From an uncultured Alphaproteobacteria bacterium (GTDB lineage Bacteria > Pseudomonadota > Alphaproteobacteria > Rs-D84): a stretch of 64,000 nucleotides of DNA. The stretch's first letter is position 1. Every line of letters starts with the position of its first letter. Shown here in pieces: positions 9,307-18,781 of the stretch. The notes below the pieces were generated by a model. That model was given only the letters and a program-made list of their open reading frames with translations, did no database searches and was not told where the DNA came from. Made by a program: the position numbers and the translations under genes. The DNA is taken from assembly GCA_944389555.1 (NCBI GenBank), contig CALXMU010000004.1, positions 14,042 through 78,041 of the forward strand. Reading direction: 5' to 3'.

Positions 9307-11355
9307 ATGAAATTCAAAAAAATATTACGCATTTTTCTGAACATATTGTTCTGGGGATTTACTTTCGGTATTGCGGCGTTGGCCGTGTTGGTTTTTGTTT
9401 ATGGTAACGATTTGCCAGACTATAAAAAGTTAGCGACTTATGCGCCACCTGTGGCGACGCGTCTTTATGCTTCCGATGGCAGTCTGTTGATAGAATACGC
9501 CGAAGAAAGACGAGTTTTTATAGACTATGCAGATTTGCCGCCTCAGTTGGTAAACGCATTTATTGCCGCGGAAGATCAAAATTTTTGGACTCATCCGGGT
9601 ATAGACGTTCAAGGAATTTCTCGTGCGCTGGTAAACAATGGATTGCGGGTCTTAGGTTTTAACGCTAAATTTTCTGGGGCTTCCACGATAACGCAACAGG
9701 TCGCAAAAAATTTCTTTTTAACGTCGGAACGTACAATATCTCGTAAGATAAAAGAGGCTATTTTAGCGCTACGTTTGGAACGTACGTTTTCAAAAGAGCA
9801 TATTTTAACTTTATATATGAATCAGATATATTTAGGTGCGCGTGCGTATGGTGTTGGGTCTGCTGCGCTGATGTATTTTAACAAACCTGTGTCAGAATTG
9901 ACTTTGTCTGAATGCGCGTTTTTGGCGGCGTTACCTAAGGCACCGAATAATCGTGACGATGCGGTTGAAAGACGCAATTATGTTTTGCGCCGTATGGTAG
10001 ATGAAGGGTATATAACTCAGGCTGAAGCAGATGCGGCGGCGGCAGAGGAGTTAAATATAAATAGCGGTTTTACAGCCCAGATGGAAGAGGACTTTCAATA
10101 TTTTGCGGAAGATGTTCGTCGGCAATTATTAGAAACTTTGGGACGTGAGACTTTATATAACGAAGGTTTATACATAAAAACGACTATCGTACCGGAATTG
10201 CAACATGCCGCTAGTGCCGCGTTAAATAAAGAGTTAGATAGGTATAATTCTATCCGTGGTGAAAATGAACCTAAATTACAGGGGGCAATTATTGCAATGA
10301 ACCCGCATACGGGTCGAATCGTCGCAATGGCCGGGGGGCGTTCGTTTAATGAAAGTTCATTTAACCGCGCAACGCAAGCCATGCGCCAGATTGGTAGTAC
10401 GATAAAACCTTTTATTTATTTGGCGGCATTAGAAAAAGGTATTTCACCAGAAAGTTTGATTTTAGATGCACCAATTGTCGGTTGGCGTGAAAATGATACT
10501 TTATGGAAACCGGAAAATTATGATAAGAAATTCTTAGGCGATATTCCGTTGCGTTATGCTTTAGAAACGTCTCGTAATGTGCCGGCAGTAAGAATGGTGC
10601 AAAGTTTAGGCGTCGAAAACGCGATAGAGGTTGCACAACGTTTTGGCGTATATCCGAAAGATTTAAAAAACGTAAATTTATCTTTGGCCTTGGGGTCTGG
10701 TGAAACAACGCTTCAACGTTTAGTACAAGGGTATTCTGCTTTTGTAAACGGTGGGTATTTGATAGAACCAAAGTTGGTAGATTATATCGAAGACAGATAT
10801 GGTCGCGTTTTGGACGGTAGTAATGTGACATTGATTGATTGGAATGAAGAATTATTACCGCCGGAAAAGATATCAGATGCAGAACCTTTGTCAGACCCAC
10901 AAAGTTTATACCAAATGGTGTCGATATTACAGGGGGTGGTTGAACGTGGAACAGGTAAGCAGGCGCGTGTGCCAGGGCATACGATTGCCGGGAAAACCGG
11001 AACCACGAACGACGTAAAAGATATATGGTTTGTCGGTTTTTCAAAAAATTTGATTGCAGGTGTTTACCTTGGTTTTGATTTACCGAAACCTTTAGGACAG
11101 GGTGCAGGTAGTCATATGGCGGCTCGTGTGTTTGCTGACTTTATGACGGTGGCCTTGGAAGGCGAGACGAACCAACCGTTTTCAGTTCCTGATGGTTTAA
11201 CGTTTATGCGAGTAAATCGTGCCAGCGGTGCTGCGGCGTCTGAAGATCCTAACGGAACAATAATTACTGAAGCATTTAAAGCGGGGCAGAAACCAAACCC
11301 AGCGCCGAAGTCAGAATCTAAGTCTTCCGGTCCGGTTGTCGGTGGGGTGTTTTAA
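9307..11355 (+). CDS. mrcA: class A penicillin-binding protein (bifunctional glycosyltransferase/transpeptidase), PBP1A
   Basis: N-terminal TM anchor. Glycosyltransferase motifs EDQNFWTHPGID, TITQQVAKNFF and RKIKEAILALRLE. Transpeptidase motifs STIKPF, SRN and KTGTT. Confidence 0.85.
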   Translation: MKFKKILRIFLNILFWGFTFGIAALAVLVFVYGNDLPDYKKLATYAPPVATRLYASDGSLLIEYAEERRVFIDYADLPPQLVNAFIAAEDQNFWTHPGIDVQGISRALVNNGLRVLGFNAKFSGASTITQQVAKNFFLTSERTISRKIKEAILALRLERTFSKEHILTLYMNQIYLGARAYGVGSAALMYFNKPVSELTLSECAFLAALPKAPNNRDDAVERRNYVLRRMVDEGYITQAEADAAAAEELNINSGFTAQMEEDFQYFAEDVRRQLLETLGRETLYNEGLYIKTTIVPELQHAASAALNKELDRYNSIRGENEPKLQGAIIAMNPHTGRIVAMAGGRSFNESSFNRATQAMRQIGSTIKPFIYLAALEKGISPESLILDAPIVGWRENDTLWKPENYDKKFLGDIPLRYALETSRNVPAVRMVQSLGVENAIEVAQRFGVYPKDLKNVNLSLALGSGETTLQRLVQGYSAFVNGGYLIEPKLVDYIEDRYGRVLDGSNVTLIDWNEELLPPEKISDAEPLSDPQSLYQMVSILQGVVERGTGKQARVPGHTIAGKTGTTNDVKDIWFVGFSKNLIAGVYLGFDLPKPLGQGAGSHMAARVFADFMTVALEGETNQPFSVPDGLTFMRVNRASGAAASEDPNGTIITEAFKAGQKPNPAPKSESKSSGPVVGGVF

Positions 11356-11376
11356 TCGTATGTAAAGGAGATTGCA

Positions 11377-11667
11377 ATGAAAAAACTTACTTTATGTGGG
11401 CTAATTTTGTTATCTTTGGCGGCTTGTGATAACAATAAAAATACGATGACATGCGGTAAATATGAAGTCGGTATAACGATGTCTGAAGACGGGGCGTCTA
11501 TTACAGCCGTTATAAACGGAGACGAAATGACATTAAATCAGGCTATCTCTGCATCTGGTGCAAGATATGTAGGCGAATTAAATGATACAACTGTTACTTT
11601 GTGGAACAAGGGTGAAAACTGGACGATGTATTTGAACGAAGATGAAATGATTGAGTGTAAGCGCTAA
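11377..11667 (+). CDS. mliC: MliC-family lipoprotein (membrane-bound inhibitor of C-type lysozyme)
   Basis: Lipobox LLSLAAC. Conserved MliC pattern Y..C ... SASGARY ... LWNKGE ... C (MTCGKYEV, AISASGARYVGE, TLWNKGENW, IECKR). Confidence 0.7.
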   Translation: MKKLTLCGLILLSLAACDNNKNTMTCGKYEVGITMSEDGASITAVINGDEMTLNQAISASGARYVGELNDTTVTLWNKGENWTMYLNEDEMIECKR

Positions 11668-11726
11668 ATCGTTTTGGCTTTTTATAATTATGTGATAAAA
11701 TGTCAGCATAAGAAGGAGATATTTTT

Positions 11727-12815
11727 ATGCTGACATCTTTATTTTTTGAACACGGTGCGACCTTTTTCGCCAGCGGTTGGACGCAATTTGCTGCTGCATT
11801 TGGTTTGGCATTTTTGATGGTTGCATTATTCGGGCGGTCGTTTATAAGTATGATGCATCGCATTCAGAAAAAGGGTCAGCCGATAAGTGAAAATGTACCA
11901 GAAGCACATAGAAAAAAAGCCGGTACACCAACTATGGGTGGTTTGTTGATTATCGCGGCAATCATAATACCAAGTATTTTATTTATGCCGATTTCTAATC
12001 CGACAGGTTGGATCGCCTTGTTATCCTTGCTGATGTTTGGTGCAATTGGGTTTGTAGATGATTATAGAAAAGTAACTTCTCAATCAAAAAAGGCGGCAAA
12101 CGGTTTGTCACCGCTGACGCGTTTGGGTTTAGAGGCGATATGCGTAATAATACTTGCGTATCTTATAAATAAAACAATACCTTTATACATTCCAGAATTA
12201 TCGTTGGCAATGCCGTTTGGTATAATTTTGCCGTTGGGTATTTTCTATTATGTGTTTGCGTATTTTGTGATAGCAGGAAGCGCCAACGCAACAAATATAA
12301 CCGATGGTTTGGACGGTATGTTGGTAAAATTATATATGCCTGTATTGGTTGTTTTGGTTGTGGCGTTGTATGGCGCAACGCGTATAGGGTTTATGGATAC
12401 GGTTATGTTCTTACCAGCGGCTAGTGGTTTATACGCGGTTTTAGGCGCTGCGTTTGGTGCGGTTCTGGGGTTCTTATGGTTTAATTCAAAACCTGCTTCA
12501 ATATTTATGGGAGACGTCGGTTCTTTGGCGCTGGGTGGTTTTATGGGTACCGTTGCGATGTTGTTAAAATCTGAAATTATAATGGCAATTGCGGCGGGTA
12601 TGATGGTTCTTATTTTGTTATCTTCGTTCATACAGACGATGTATTTCAAAGTCTCAAGAAAAATAACAGGGACTGGGAAACGCGTATTTCTGCGTGCACC
12701 GTTACACCATCATTTTGAAGAATTAGGCTGGCCGGAAACGAAAATTGTAGAAAGGTTCTTTATAATTTCTATATTATTTTCTGGTTTAGCGCTGGTTTTA
12801 TTAAAATTCGCATAA
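11727..12815 (+). CDS. mraY: phospho-N-acetylmuramoyl-pentapeptide transferase
   Basis: Polytopic membrane protein with NATNITDGLDGM and HHHFE motifs. Confidence 0.9.
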   Translation: MLTSLFFEHGATFFASGWTQFAAAFGLAFLMVALFGRSFISMMHRIQKKGQPISENVPEAHRKKAGTPTMGGLLIIAAIIIPSILFMPISNPTGWIALLSLLMFGAIGFVDDYRKVTSQSKKAANGLSPLTRLGLEAICVIILAYLINKTIPLYIPELSLAMPFGIILPLGIFYYVFAYFVIAGSANATNITDGLDGMLVKLYMPVLVVLVVALYGATRIGFMDTVMFLPAASGLYAVLGAAFGAVLGFLWFNSKPASIFMGDVGSLALGGFMGTVAMLLKSEIIMAIAAGMMVLILLSSFIQTMYFKVSRKITGTGKRVFLRAPLHHHFEELGWPETKIVERFFIISILFSGLALVLLKFA

Positions 12816-12818
12816 GAT

Positions 12819-12842
12819 AAGCCCCGGTTTACCGGGGTTTTT
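12819..12842 (+). terminator. hairpin terminator between mraY and ftsW
   Basis: aagccccggtttaccggggttttta directly after the mraY stop. Confidence 0.5.
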
Positions 12843-12898
12843 ATAAAAATATTTTCATCAGTATATTTTCTTAAAAAAGATGGTATAATATTCTTGAT

Positions 12899-14035
12899 AT
12901 GCTAAGAACGGAAGAAAGTAAACTTACAAGTTGGTATTTTGAAATAGACCGAAAATTATTGGCCTATGTGCTTGTTATGATGGTCATAAGCGTTATTTGT
13001 ATGATTTCTGCGGGTTCGGTCGCCGCAGAACGTATAGGACAATCTTGGAATTATTATATAGTAAAAGCGATACCTTTTTATTTTATAGGTTTGATAACTT
13101 TGTTGGGGGCAAGTATGCTTACCAAAAAGTGGGTATTGCCAATTTCTTGGCTGAATGTTGCTGTTGGGTTGCTATTATTGTTGGTAACAGTTGTTGCACC
13201 GCATACTATAAATGGTTCAGACCGATTTGTTTCATTAGGTTTTGCTAATATTATGCCGGCAGATATAATGAAACCGGGTTTCATTATAATTACAGCGTGG
13301 TTCTTGGCAAAAATGCGAGACACGTATGGTGATGATATATTTTTTAATAAATCCGCCTGGCAATTTAAATGGTTATCTTGGTGGCCGTATTTGGCGACTT
13401 TTGCTATATCTCTATTGATAATATTTTCTCATCCGGATTTAGGAACCTCTATATTATATTTAGCGGTTTTGTGTGCGATGATGTTTATTGCCGGTTTGCC
13501 TTTAGTAATCATACCTGTATTAGGTTTGGCAGGGGTGGGATTGTTGACAGTTGCTTTCTTTACAATGTCGCACGTGCATAATCGTATAATTGCATTTTTT
13601 ACCGGTACAGGCGATACGTATCAGGTAACACAATCTATTCAATCAATTCAGAACGGTGGGTTGTTCGGTCAAGGCGACGGTTCTTTTGTAAAGCAGTCTT
13701 TGCCAGATTCTCATACAGACTTTATATTTGCCGCGCTTGCAGAAGACGCGGGAGCTATATTGGCGTGTGCGTTGATAGTTTTCTTAATGTTGGTGTTGCA
13801 ACGCTTGATAGTAAATGCGACTAATGCACGGGATAAGTTCGTCTTTTATGCGGCGGGTGGTACGGCGGCTTTGTTCGGTACTCAGGTTTGTATAAATTTA
13901 ATGTCTACGTTGAATTTATTTGCCCCAAAAGGGATGACGCTTCCATTTATATCATATGGCGGTAGTTCTTTATTATCTTTTTGCTTGCTGTTCGGTATGA
14001 TTATGGCAATAGTACGTGAAGATAAGTGGAAATAA
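12899..14035 (+). CDS. ftsW: SEDS-family peptidoglycan glycosyltransferase FtsW
   Basis: 10-TM SEDS architecture with the conserved FIFAALAEDAGAI segment. Sits between mraY and murG. Confidence 0.8.
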   Translation: MLRTEESKLTSWYFEIDRKLLAYVLVMMVISVICMISAGSVAAERIGQSWNYYIVKAIPFYFIGLITLLGASMLTKKWVLPISWLNVAVGLLLLLVTVVAPHTINGSDRFVSLGFANIMPADIMKPGFIIITAWFLAKMRDTYGDDIFFNKSAWQFKWLSWWPYLATFAISLLIIFSHPDLGTSILYLAVLCAMMFIAGLPLVIIPVLGLAGVGLLTVAFFTMSHVHNRIIAFFTGTGDTYQVTQSIQSIQNGGLFGQGDGSFVKQSLPDSHTDFIFAALAEDAGAILACALIVFLMLVLQRLIVNATNARDKFVFYAAGGTAALFGTQVCINLMSTLNLFAPKGMTLPFISYGGSSLLSFCLLFGMIMAIVREDKWK

Positions 14036-14056
14036 AAAACAATAAAGGCAAAACAG

Positions 14057-15103
14057 ATGAAAATTTGGATTGCAACTGGTGGTACGGGCGGACATGTATT
14101 TCCGGCTTTAAGCGTGGCTTCGGAATTGGTTGCGCGCGGACACCGTGTAATAATTTCTTCGGATGGACGCGTAAAACAGATGGTGCGAGAGGGCGCCCCA
14201 AAAGGTGCAAAACTTGTCTCTGTCTGGGCATCTGGCGTGGGTGCCAAAAGTCGCATAAAGCAGGCAGTTGCGTTGTCTAAAATTGCAGTGTCTGCCGCTT
14301 GGTTGACTTTACGTTTTATGTTTTTTAGACCTGCACGCGTCGTGGCGTTTGGGGGGTATGCTTCGGTTCCGGTGGTTTTTGCCGCACATTTATGGAAAAT
14401 ACCGACGTATCTGCACGAACAAAATGCTGCAATCGGGCGTGCAAATAAATTTACAATGCGCTGGGTGAAAACCTTGATGACAAGTTTCCCGACCGTAGAT
14501 GGTATACCATCTGGTACATCGGCGCGCGTTGTTTATACAGGGTTACCTGTGCGACCAGAATTTTTAGCCGCGGCAGGAACACCTATATCGGGGGGCGGGA
14601 AGTTGTTAGTAACTGGGGGGTCTTTGGGGGCGCAGATACTAGACGAAGTCGTTCCTGCGGCTCTTTTACAGATGAAAAATAAAAAAATATTTGTTACGCA
14701 TCAAACTCGCCCAGAAAATGTTGCTAAGTTACAGAAGTTATATGCTGATAATAAAATTCGTGCGAACGTTTTGTCTTTTATTCATGATATGGCCGCAACT
14801 ATAACTGACGCTGATTTAGTAATCGGACGCAGCGGTGCAAGTACGGTTGTTGAATTAGAAACTATCGGTCGTGGCGCGATACTCGTTCCATTAAATATAA
14901 ATCCAGACCAAGCCGCAAATGCAAATAGTTTTGCGCGTTTAGGCGGTGGGTTTGCTGTTCAGCAAGAAAAATTTACACCAAAGTGGTTGGCGGCAACCTT
15001 AGCGGATTTGTTTGATAACCCTTCAAGGTTAGAAAAAATGGCGAAAAAATCACTTGTGCCGAATAACGCTGTTAAAATAATTTGTGATGAAATAACAAAA
15101 TAA
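14057..15103 (+). CDS. murG: UDP-GlcNAc:undecaprenyl-PP-MurNAc-pentapeptide GlcNAc transferase
   Basis: MKIWIATGGTGGHVFPALSVA N-terminal glycine-rich motif typical of MurG, in a dcw context. Confidence 0.9.
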   Translation: MKIWIATGGTGGHVFPALSVASELVARGHRVIISSDGRVKQMVREGAPKGAKLVSVWASGVGAKSRIKQAVALSKIAVSAAWLTLRFMFFRPARVVAFGGYASVPVVFAAHLWKIPTYLHEQNAAIGRANKFTMRWVKTLMTSFPTVDGIPSGTSARVVYTGLPVRPEFLAAAGTPISGGGKLLVTGGSLGAQILDEVVPAALLQMKNKKIFVTHQTRPENVAKLQKLYADNKIRANVLSFIHDMAATITDADLVIGRSGASTVVELETIGRGAILVPLNINPDQAANANSFARLGGGFAVQQEKFTPKWLAATLADLFDNPSRLEKMAKKSLVPNNAVKIICDEITK

Positions 15104-15173
15104 TAATTTGTGTATTTTTCTGCTTGCTTGCGATTCGTTTTTTGAGGTATGATTAAAGCAAGGAAGGAAAGAA

Positions 15174-16556
15174 ATGCGACAAATTACAATCTCTGTGTTA
15201 TCGCTGTTTATTGCGTTACCTGTGTTGGCGGACGTTCGTTTGCCGGTTGTGAATATTGCTGCTGGCGGGGTTTCGGCGCGTGCCGCGTTTGGTGAGCCAG
15301 TCGTGGAAAAGGTTGAAACGCAGTCAAAAAAATCAGAAATAAAAGTCGCATCTGATACAACTAAAAAAACTAATTCAGAAAAAGTTGCGCGTAATGAAAA
15401 TGCAAATCGTAGTTTGGTTTCCCGCAGTACAACAACTAAAACAGCGCAACCTGTTATTTCAATGGATGAAGGTGAACAAATTATAGCGTCTGATATACTG
15501 TCACCGCGCCGTCCAAGTTCAGATTTGTGGGCTCATTCTTCAAGCGATGTTACACCCTTGCGGTTGCCGTCGCCCCAGGAATTCTCTGTAATTCGTTCGG
15601 ATGATTTATTACCGGAAGAAAGTTTAGATAGTTCATCGCAACGTTTTGCTTCGGCTAGAAGTGCGAAAACAGAACCCGCCGTACAATCGGTTGAAGCAAG
15701 TAAAGGTTTGTCCGAACTAGATGCGCAGATAGCAAGGCTAAATGAATTACAGCGTCGTGCAGAGGAAAGTATTGAAACTGTAAAACCTAGCGATAACACG
15801 TTAACGAGACGCGTGGTTTCTCGTGGTACTGTTTCTAGACCTGCGGTTGTAAATGATGAATCAAAAGTGCCGGTTGCGCAGGAAGAAGATATTAAATTAT
15901 CACGTATGGTTGTGCCGATGGAAGATGAAATCTCTGATGACGTTGTGGTCAGAGCCGTTCAACGTGCAGAGTCTCCACGGATAGTTGCAGCACGTGATGA
16001 AATGACGACGCAAATGACGCCAAGTGAATTGCGTAAGGCGTTTAGAAAGACATTCTTGTCAGAAAATAAGCATTTATCGGCGTTCCAAATAGATGATAGA
16101 TTTGATGTCGCAAGTGACATGACTGCTAACGCCGAAGGGTTTACGTCCGAACGTGATTTGTCAGAAACTGGTGGAATTCGCCCGTTGGAAATAAAAATAA
16201 AGTTCCGTAATGAAGACGCAGCGTTATCACGAGATAATTATAATTTGTTGACTGAGTATGCAGGAATTGTTTTAAGTAATCCTACTCGTGCGGTTCAGGT
16301 ATCTATCCCGCAAAGCGTAACAACTGACGCAGATGACCGTAAATTAGCTGCGCGTCGTTTGGCAATTATAGAACAGGTTTTGCGTGATAATGGAATTTCA
16401 GAACAACGTATATTACCAGTGTTATCACAACGCGATGAAGAAGGCTTGGTGTTGCGTATGATATCATTAGATCAGTATGAAACTTTGACCAAGCAACAGC
16501 GCGATATATTCGGTGATACTGTTAGTAAGAAAACTTATAGAAGTATGTCTTGGTAG
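15174..16556 (+). CDS. secreted Ser/Thr-rich protein with a degenerate C-terminal OmpA/MotB-like peptidoglycan-binding domain
   Basis: Signal peptide ISVLSLFIALPVLA and a long low-complexity S/T/E-rich region. The C-terminal segment IKIKFRNEDAALSRDNYNLLTEYAGIVLSNP...DDRKLAARRLAIIEQVLRDNGISEQRI resembles an OmpA_C fold. Confidence 0.4.
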   Translation: MRQITISVLSLFIALPVLADVRLPVVNIAAGGVSARAAFGEPVVEKVETQSKKSEIKVASDTTKKTNSEKVARNENANRSLVSRSTTTKTAQPVISMDEGEQIIASDILSPRRPSSDLWAHSSSDVTPLRLPSPQEFSVIRSDDLLPEESLDSSSQRFASARSAKTEPAVQSVEASKGLSELDAQIARLNELQRRAEESIETVKPSDNTLTRRVVSRGTVSRPAVVNDESKVPVAQEEDIKLSRMVVPMEDEISDDVVVRAVQRAESPRIVAARDEMTTQMTPSELRKAFRKTFLSENKHLSAFQIDDRFDVASDMTANAEGFTSERDLSETGGIRPLEIKIKFRNEDAALSRDNYNLLTEYAGIVLSNPTRAVQVSIPQSVTTDADDRKLAARRLAIIEQVLRDNGISEQRILPVLSQRDEEGLVLRMISLDQYETLTKQQRDIFGDTVSKKTYRSMSW

Positions 16557-17308
16557 AATTAAATATAAGACGCGTGCGCGATTTAGTTTTAGACGCCACG
16601 CGTTTTTCAATTGAGTTTTTATTTCCAAATTCTTGTCCTTTGTGCGGTGCGTCCGTATCAACAAATGGAGAGCTGTGTGCAGATTGTTGGACGTCATTTA
16701 ATTGGATCGGAAATCCTAAGTGCGAAAAGTGCGGCTACCCATTTCCCGCGAATATAGATTTGGGTAATCATCCAAAGTGTCCAAATTGTGCGGCGGGGAA
16801 TTGTGTCCTTGATTGTATTAGGTCTGCGTGTGTGTATGATGACGTGTCAAGGGCGGCTATGTTGCCTTTCAAACATAGCGGTCGCGTAAAATATTCGGAA
16901 TTTATGTCTAGAGCGATGATGTGGGCGATGCGAGATATAGATGTATCGCCAGATGTTGTGATGCCGGTGCCTTTGTCGTATCGGCGCTTGTTCCATCGTG
17001 GTTATAATCAGGCGATGTTGCTGGCTGCACCAATTGCAAGGGCTTTCGGTGTAGGTGTAGATTCAGATAGTGTTCGCCGTGAACATCGCACAGATATGGG
17101 ACATAAAAATTTTGCACAGCGTGCAGAAAATATTCGTGGCGTTTTTAGAGTTATAAAACCTGATAAAATAAAAGGAAAGAAAATTTTATTGGTTGATGAC
17201 GTTATGACAACAGGGGCAACGTTTGCGGAACTTTATAAGGTATTAAAGAAAGCCGGTGCAACAGAAGTTTATGGAGTTACGTTTTGTAGAGTTGTTCGGG
17301 CGATTTAG
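16550..17308 (+). CDS. comF: ComF-family phosphoribosyltransferase-domain protein (ComFC/GntX)
   Basis: N-terminal zinc finger CPLCG...CADCW...CEKCG...CPNC and C-terminal PRTase motif ILLVDDVMTTGATF. Confidence 0.75.
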   Translation: MVELNIRRVRDLVLDATRFSIEFLFPNSCPLCGASVSTNGELCADCWTSFNWIGNPKCEKCGYPFPANIDLGNHPKCPNCAAGNCVLDCIRSACVYDDVSRAAMLPFKHSGRVKYSEFMSRAMMWAMRDIDVSPDVVMPVPLSYRRLFHRGYNQAMLLAAPIARAFGVGVDSDSVRREHRTDMGHKNFAQRAENIRGVFRVIKPDKIKGKKILLVDDVMTTGATFAELYKVLKKAGATEVYGVTFCRVVRAI

Positions 17309-17703
17309 TTTATGTGTTGATTGATCGGGTTTGATAATGTTTTTAACATATGTGTCTTGTGACTTTCAATTTCTTGTACGATGACTTTCGTAGAACATAA
17401 TTTTAAAAGAATTTCTAATCTGTCTGATTCTGTCATATGAATGTTCGCTTTCTTTTGTTTGGCCTTTGTAAAGACAGCTTGTCTGGCATTAGATATTAGT
17501 TTTTCGTCTATATATAGTTCATAAATTGCGTAGATGTTTTGTTGGTCAGAGTAAGAATAAGAGCAAAATATTTCTACGAATGAATCTTTAGCTGGGCCTT
17601 CTGGCATATAAAAATAGTACCTAGAATAGGTTTCATAATTATCTACCGAAATAAATGCTTTCGGTATAGAGACGCATAATAAAGAGAAAAGTTCTTTTGT
17701 CAT
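17305..17703 (-). CDS. hypothetical small protein (132 aa), second gene of a two-gene minus-strand cassette
   Basis: ORF with no TM segment or recognisable motif, 10 bp downstream of the 17714-18115 ORF. Confidence 0.4.
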   Translation of the reverse strand: MTKELFSLLCVSIPKAFISVDNYETYSRYYFYMPEGPAKDSFVEIFCSYSYSDQQNIYAIYELYIDEKLISNARQAVFTKAKQKKANIHMTESDRLEILLKLCSTKVIVQEIESHKTHMLKTLSNPINQHIN

Positions 17704-17713
17704 AACGTTAAAT

Positions 17714-18115
17714 TTATTTTTGTATGCTTTGCTCTTTTAATTGTGTTAAAAACATTTGAATCTGTTTTAATTGATTTGCATATTTTTTGCCACTTTTTTC
17801 TTTACAGATTTTTATTATGTCTCCGATTATAGAATCTTCAGTGGCGTTTAATGCCTGTGGGTTTATGCTTATTGTCGTAAGTTTTTGATAGAATTTAGCA
17901 TAAGCACATTTTTCACCGATGTATGTTTCACAAAGATGCGTGGCTGGTGTGTGAGCAAAAGTTAAAACATCTTTTTGAACGGTATTTTTTGCGTTTTTGT
18001 ATTCTGCCAGAATCGTGTAAAAGTCAACCGGTTTGTCTTTATTATATCTAACCGTATGGTACACAGGGTTTTCTGTGAAAATTTGTTTGACTAAAATTAG
18101 TTCGTTTGTTGTCAT
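17714..18115 (-). CDS. hypothetical small protein (133 aa)
   Basis: ORF with no TM segment. Divergent from the DUF2147 gene across an AT-rich intergenic region. Confidence 0.4.
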   Translation of the reverse strand: MTTNELILVKQIFTENPVYHTVRYNKDKPVDFYTILAEYKNAKNTVQKDVLTFAHTPATHLCETYIGEKCAYAKFYQKLTTISINPQALNATEDSIIGDIIKICKEKSGKKYANQLKQIQMFLTQLKEQSIQK

Positions 18116-18239
18116 TTTTTTATTTACCTGTTTTTGTTATAAATATTATACAAAAATACAGTTTTGTCAATTAAAAAAATAACAATGTCTTGAATTTAGA
18201 TTTTAATTTGGTACCATTTATTGGGTTAAGTTAAGGGTT

Positions 18240-18767
18240 GTGTTTATGAAAAAAATCTTTTTATCCGTTTTAGGTATTTTTTTATGTACTTATGCTTTTG
18301 CCGAAATTCCTTTTATGGGATTGTACCAAACTATTGATGATGAGACGCATTTACCTAAGTCGATTGTAAGGCTTTATGAATATAAAGATGCCGGTAATTC
18401 TGCGTTGGCTGGTCGTATAGTTGCTTTGTATGATGAAAAAGGGAATATATCAGAAACCATTAAAAACCCAGTAAAACTGGCGGATAAAGTGTCTGGCAGT
18501 CCTAAATATGTTGGGCTTGATATAATATGGGGTATGAAATGGGATTCAGATGATTCTGAATATCAAGACGGTAAGATAATGGACCCTAAGAAAGGTAGTA
18601 TATATTCAAGTGTAATTTGGCAAGATTCAAAGGATAAATTGCGGGTACGCGGGAAAATTGGTCCTTTTGGTAGAACCCAGACTTGGAATGTTTTGAACGT
18701 TTCTGAATTACCGGAAGAGTTGCAGGGTATAGACGTTTCTGGTTGGCAGCCAACAGTTAGAAAATAA
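18240..18767 (+). CDS. secreted DUF2147-family protein
   Basis: Signal peptide, and conserved DUF2147 pattern GLDIIWGMKWDSDDSEYQDGKIMDPKKGSIYSSVIWQDSKDKLRVRGKIGPFGRTQTWN. Confidence 0.5.
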   Translation: MFMKKIFLSVLGIFLCTYAFAEIPFMGLYQTIDDETHLPKSIVRLYEYKDAGNSALAGRIVALYDEKGNISETIKNPVKLADKVSGSPKYVGLDIIWGMKWDSDDSEYQDGKIMDPKKGSIYSSVIWQDSKDKLRVRGKIGPFGRTQTWNVLNVSELPEELQGIDVSGWQPTVRK

Positions 18768-18781
18768 TTTTATCCAAAGGT

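Noticed and set aside
10412-11044. 210-aa minus-strand ORF (also 10095-10382 and 10782-11006)
   Set aside because: It is entirely antisense within the strongly supported mrcA (PBP1A) gene. The translation has no motifs.
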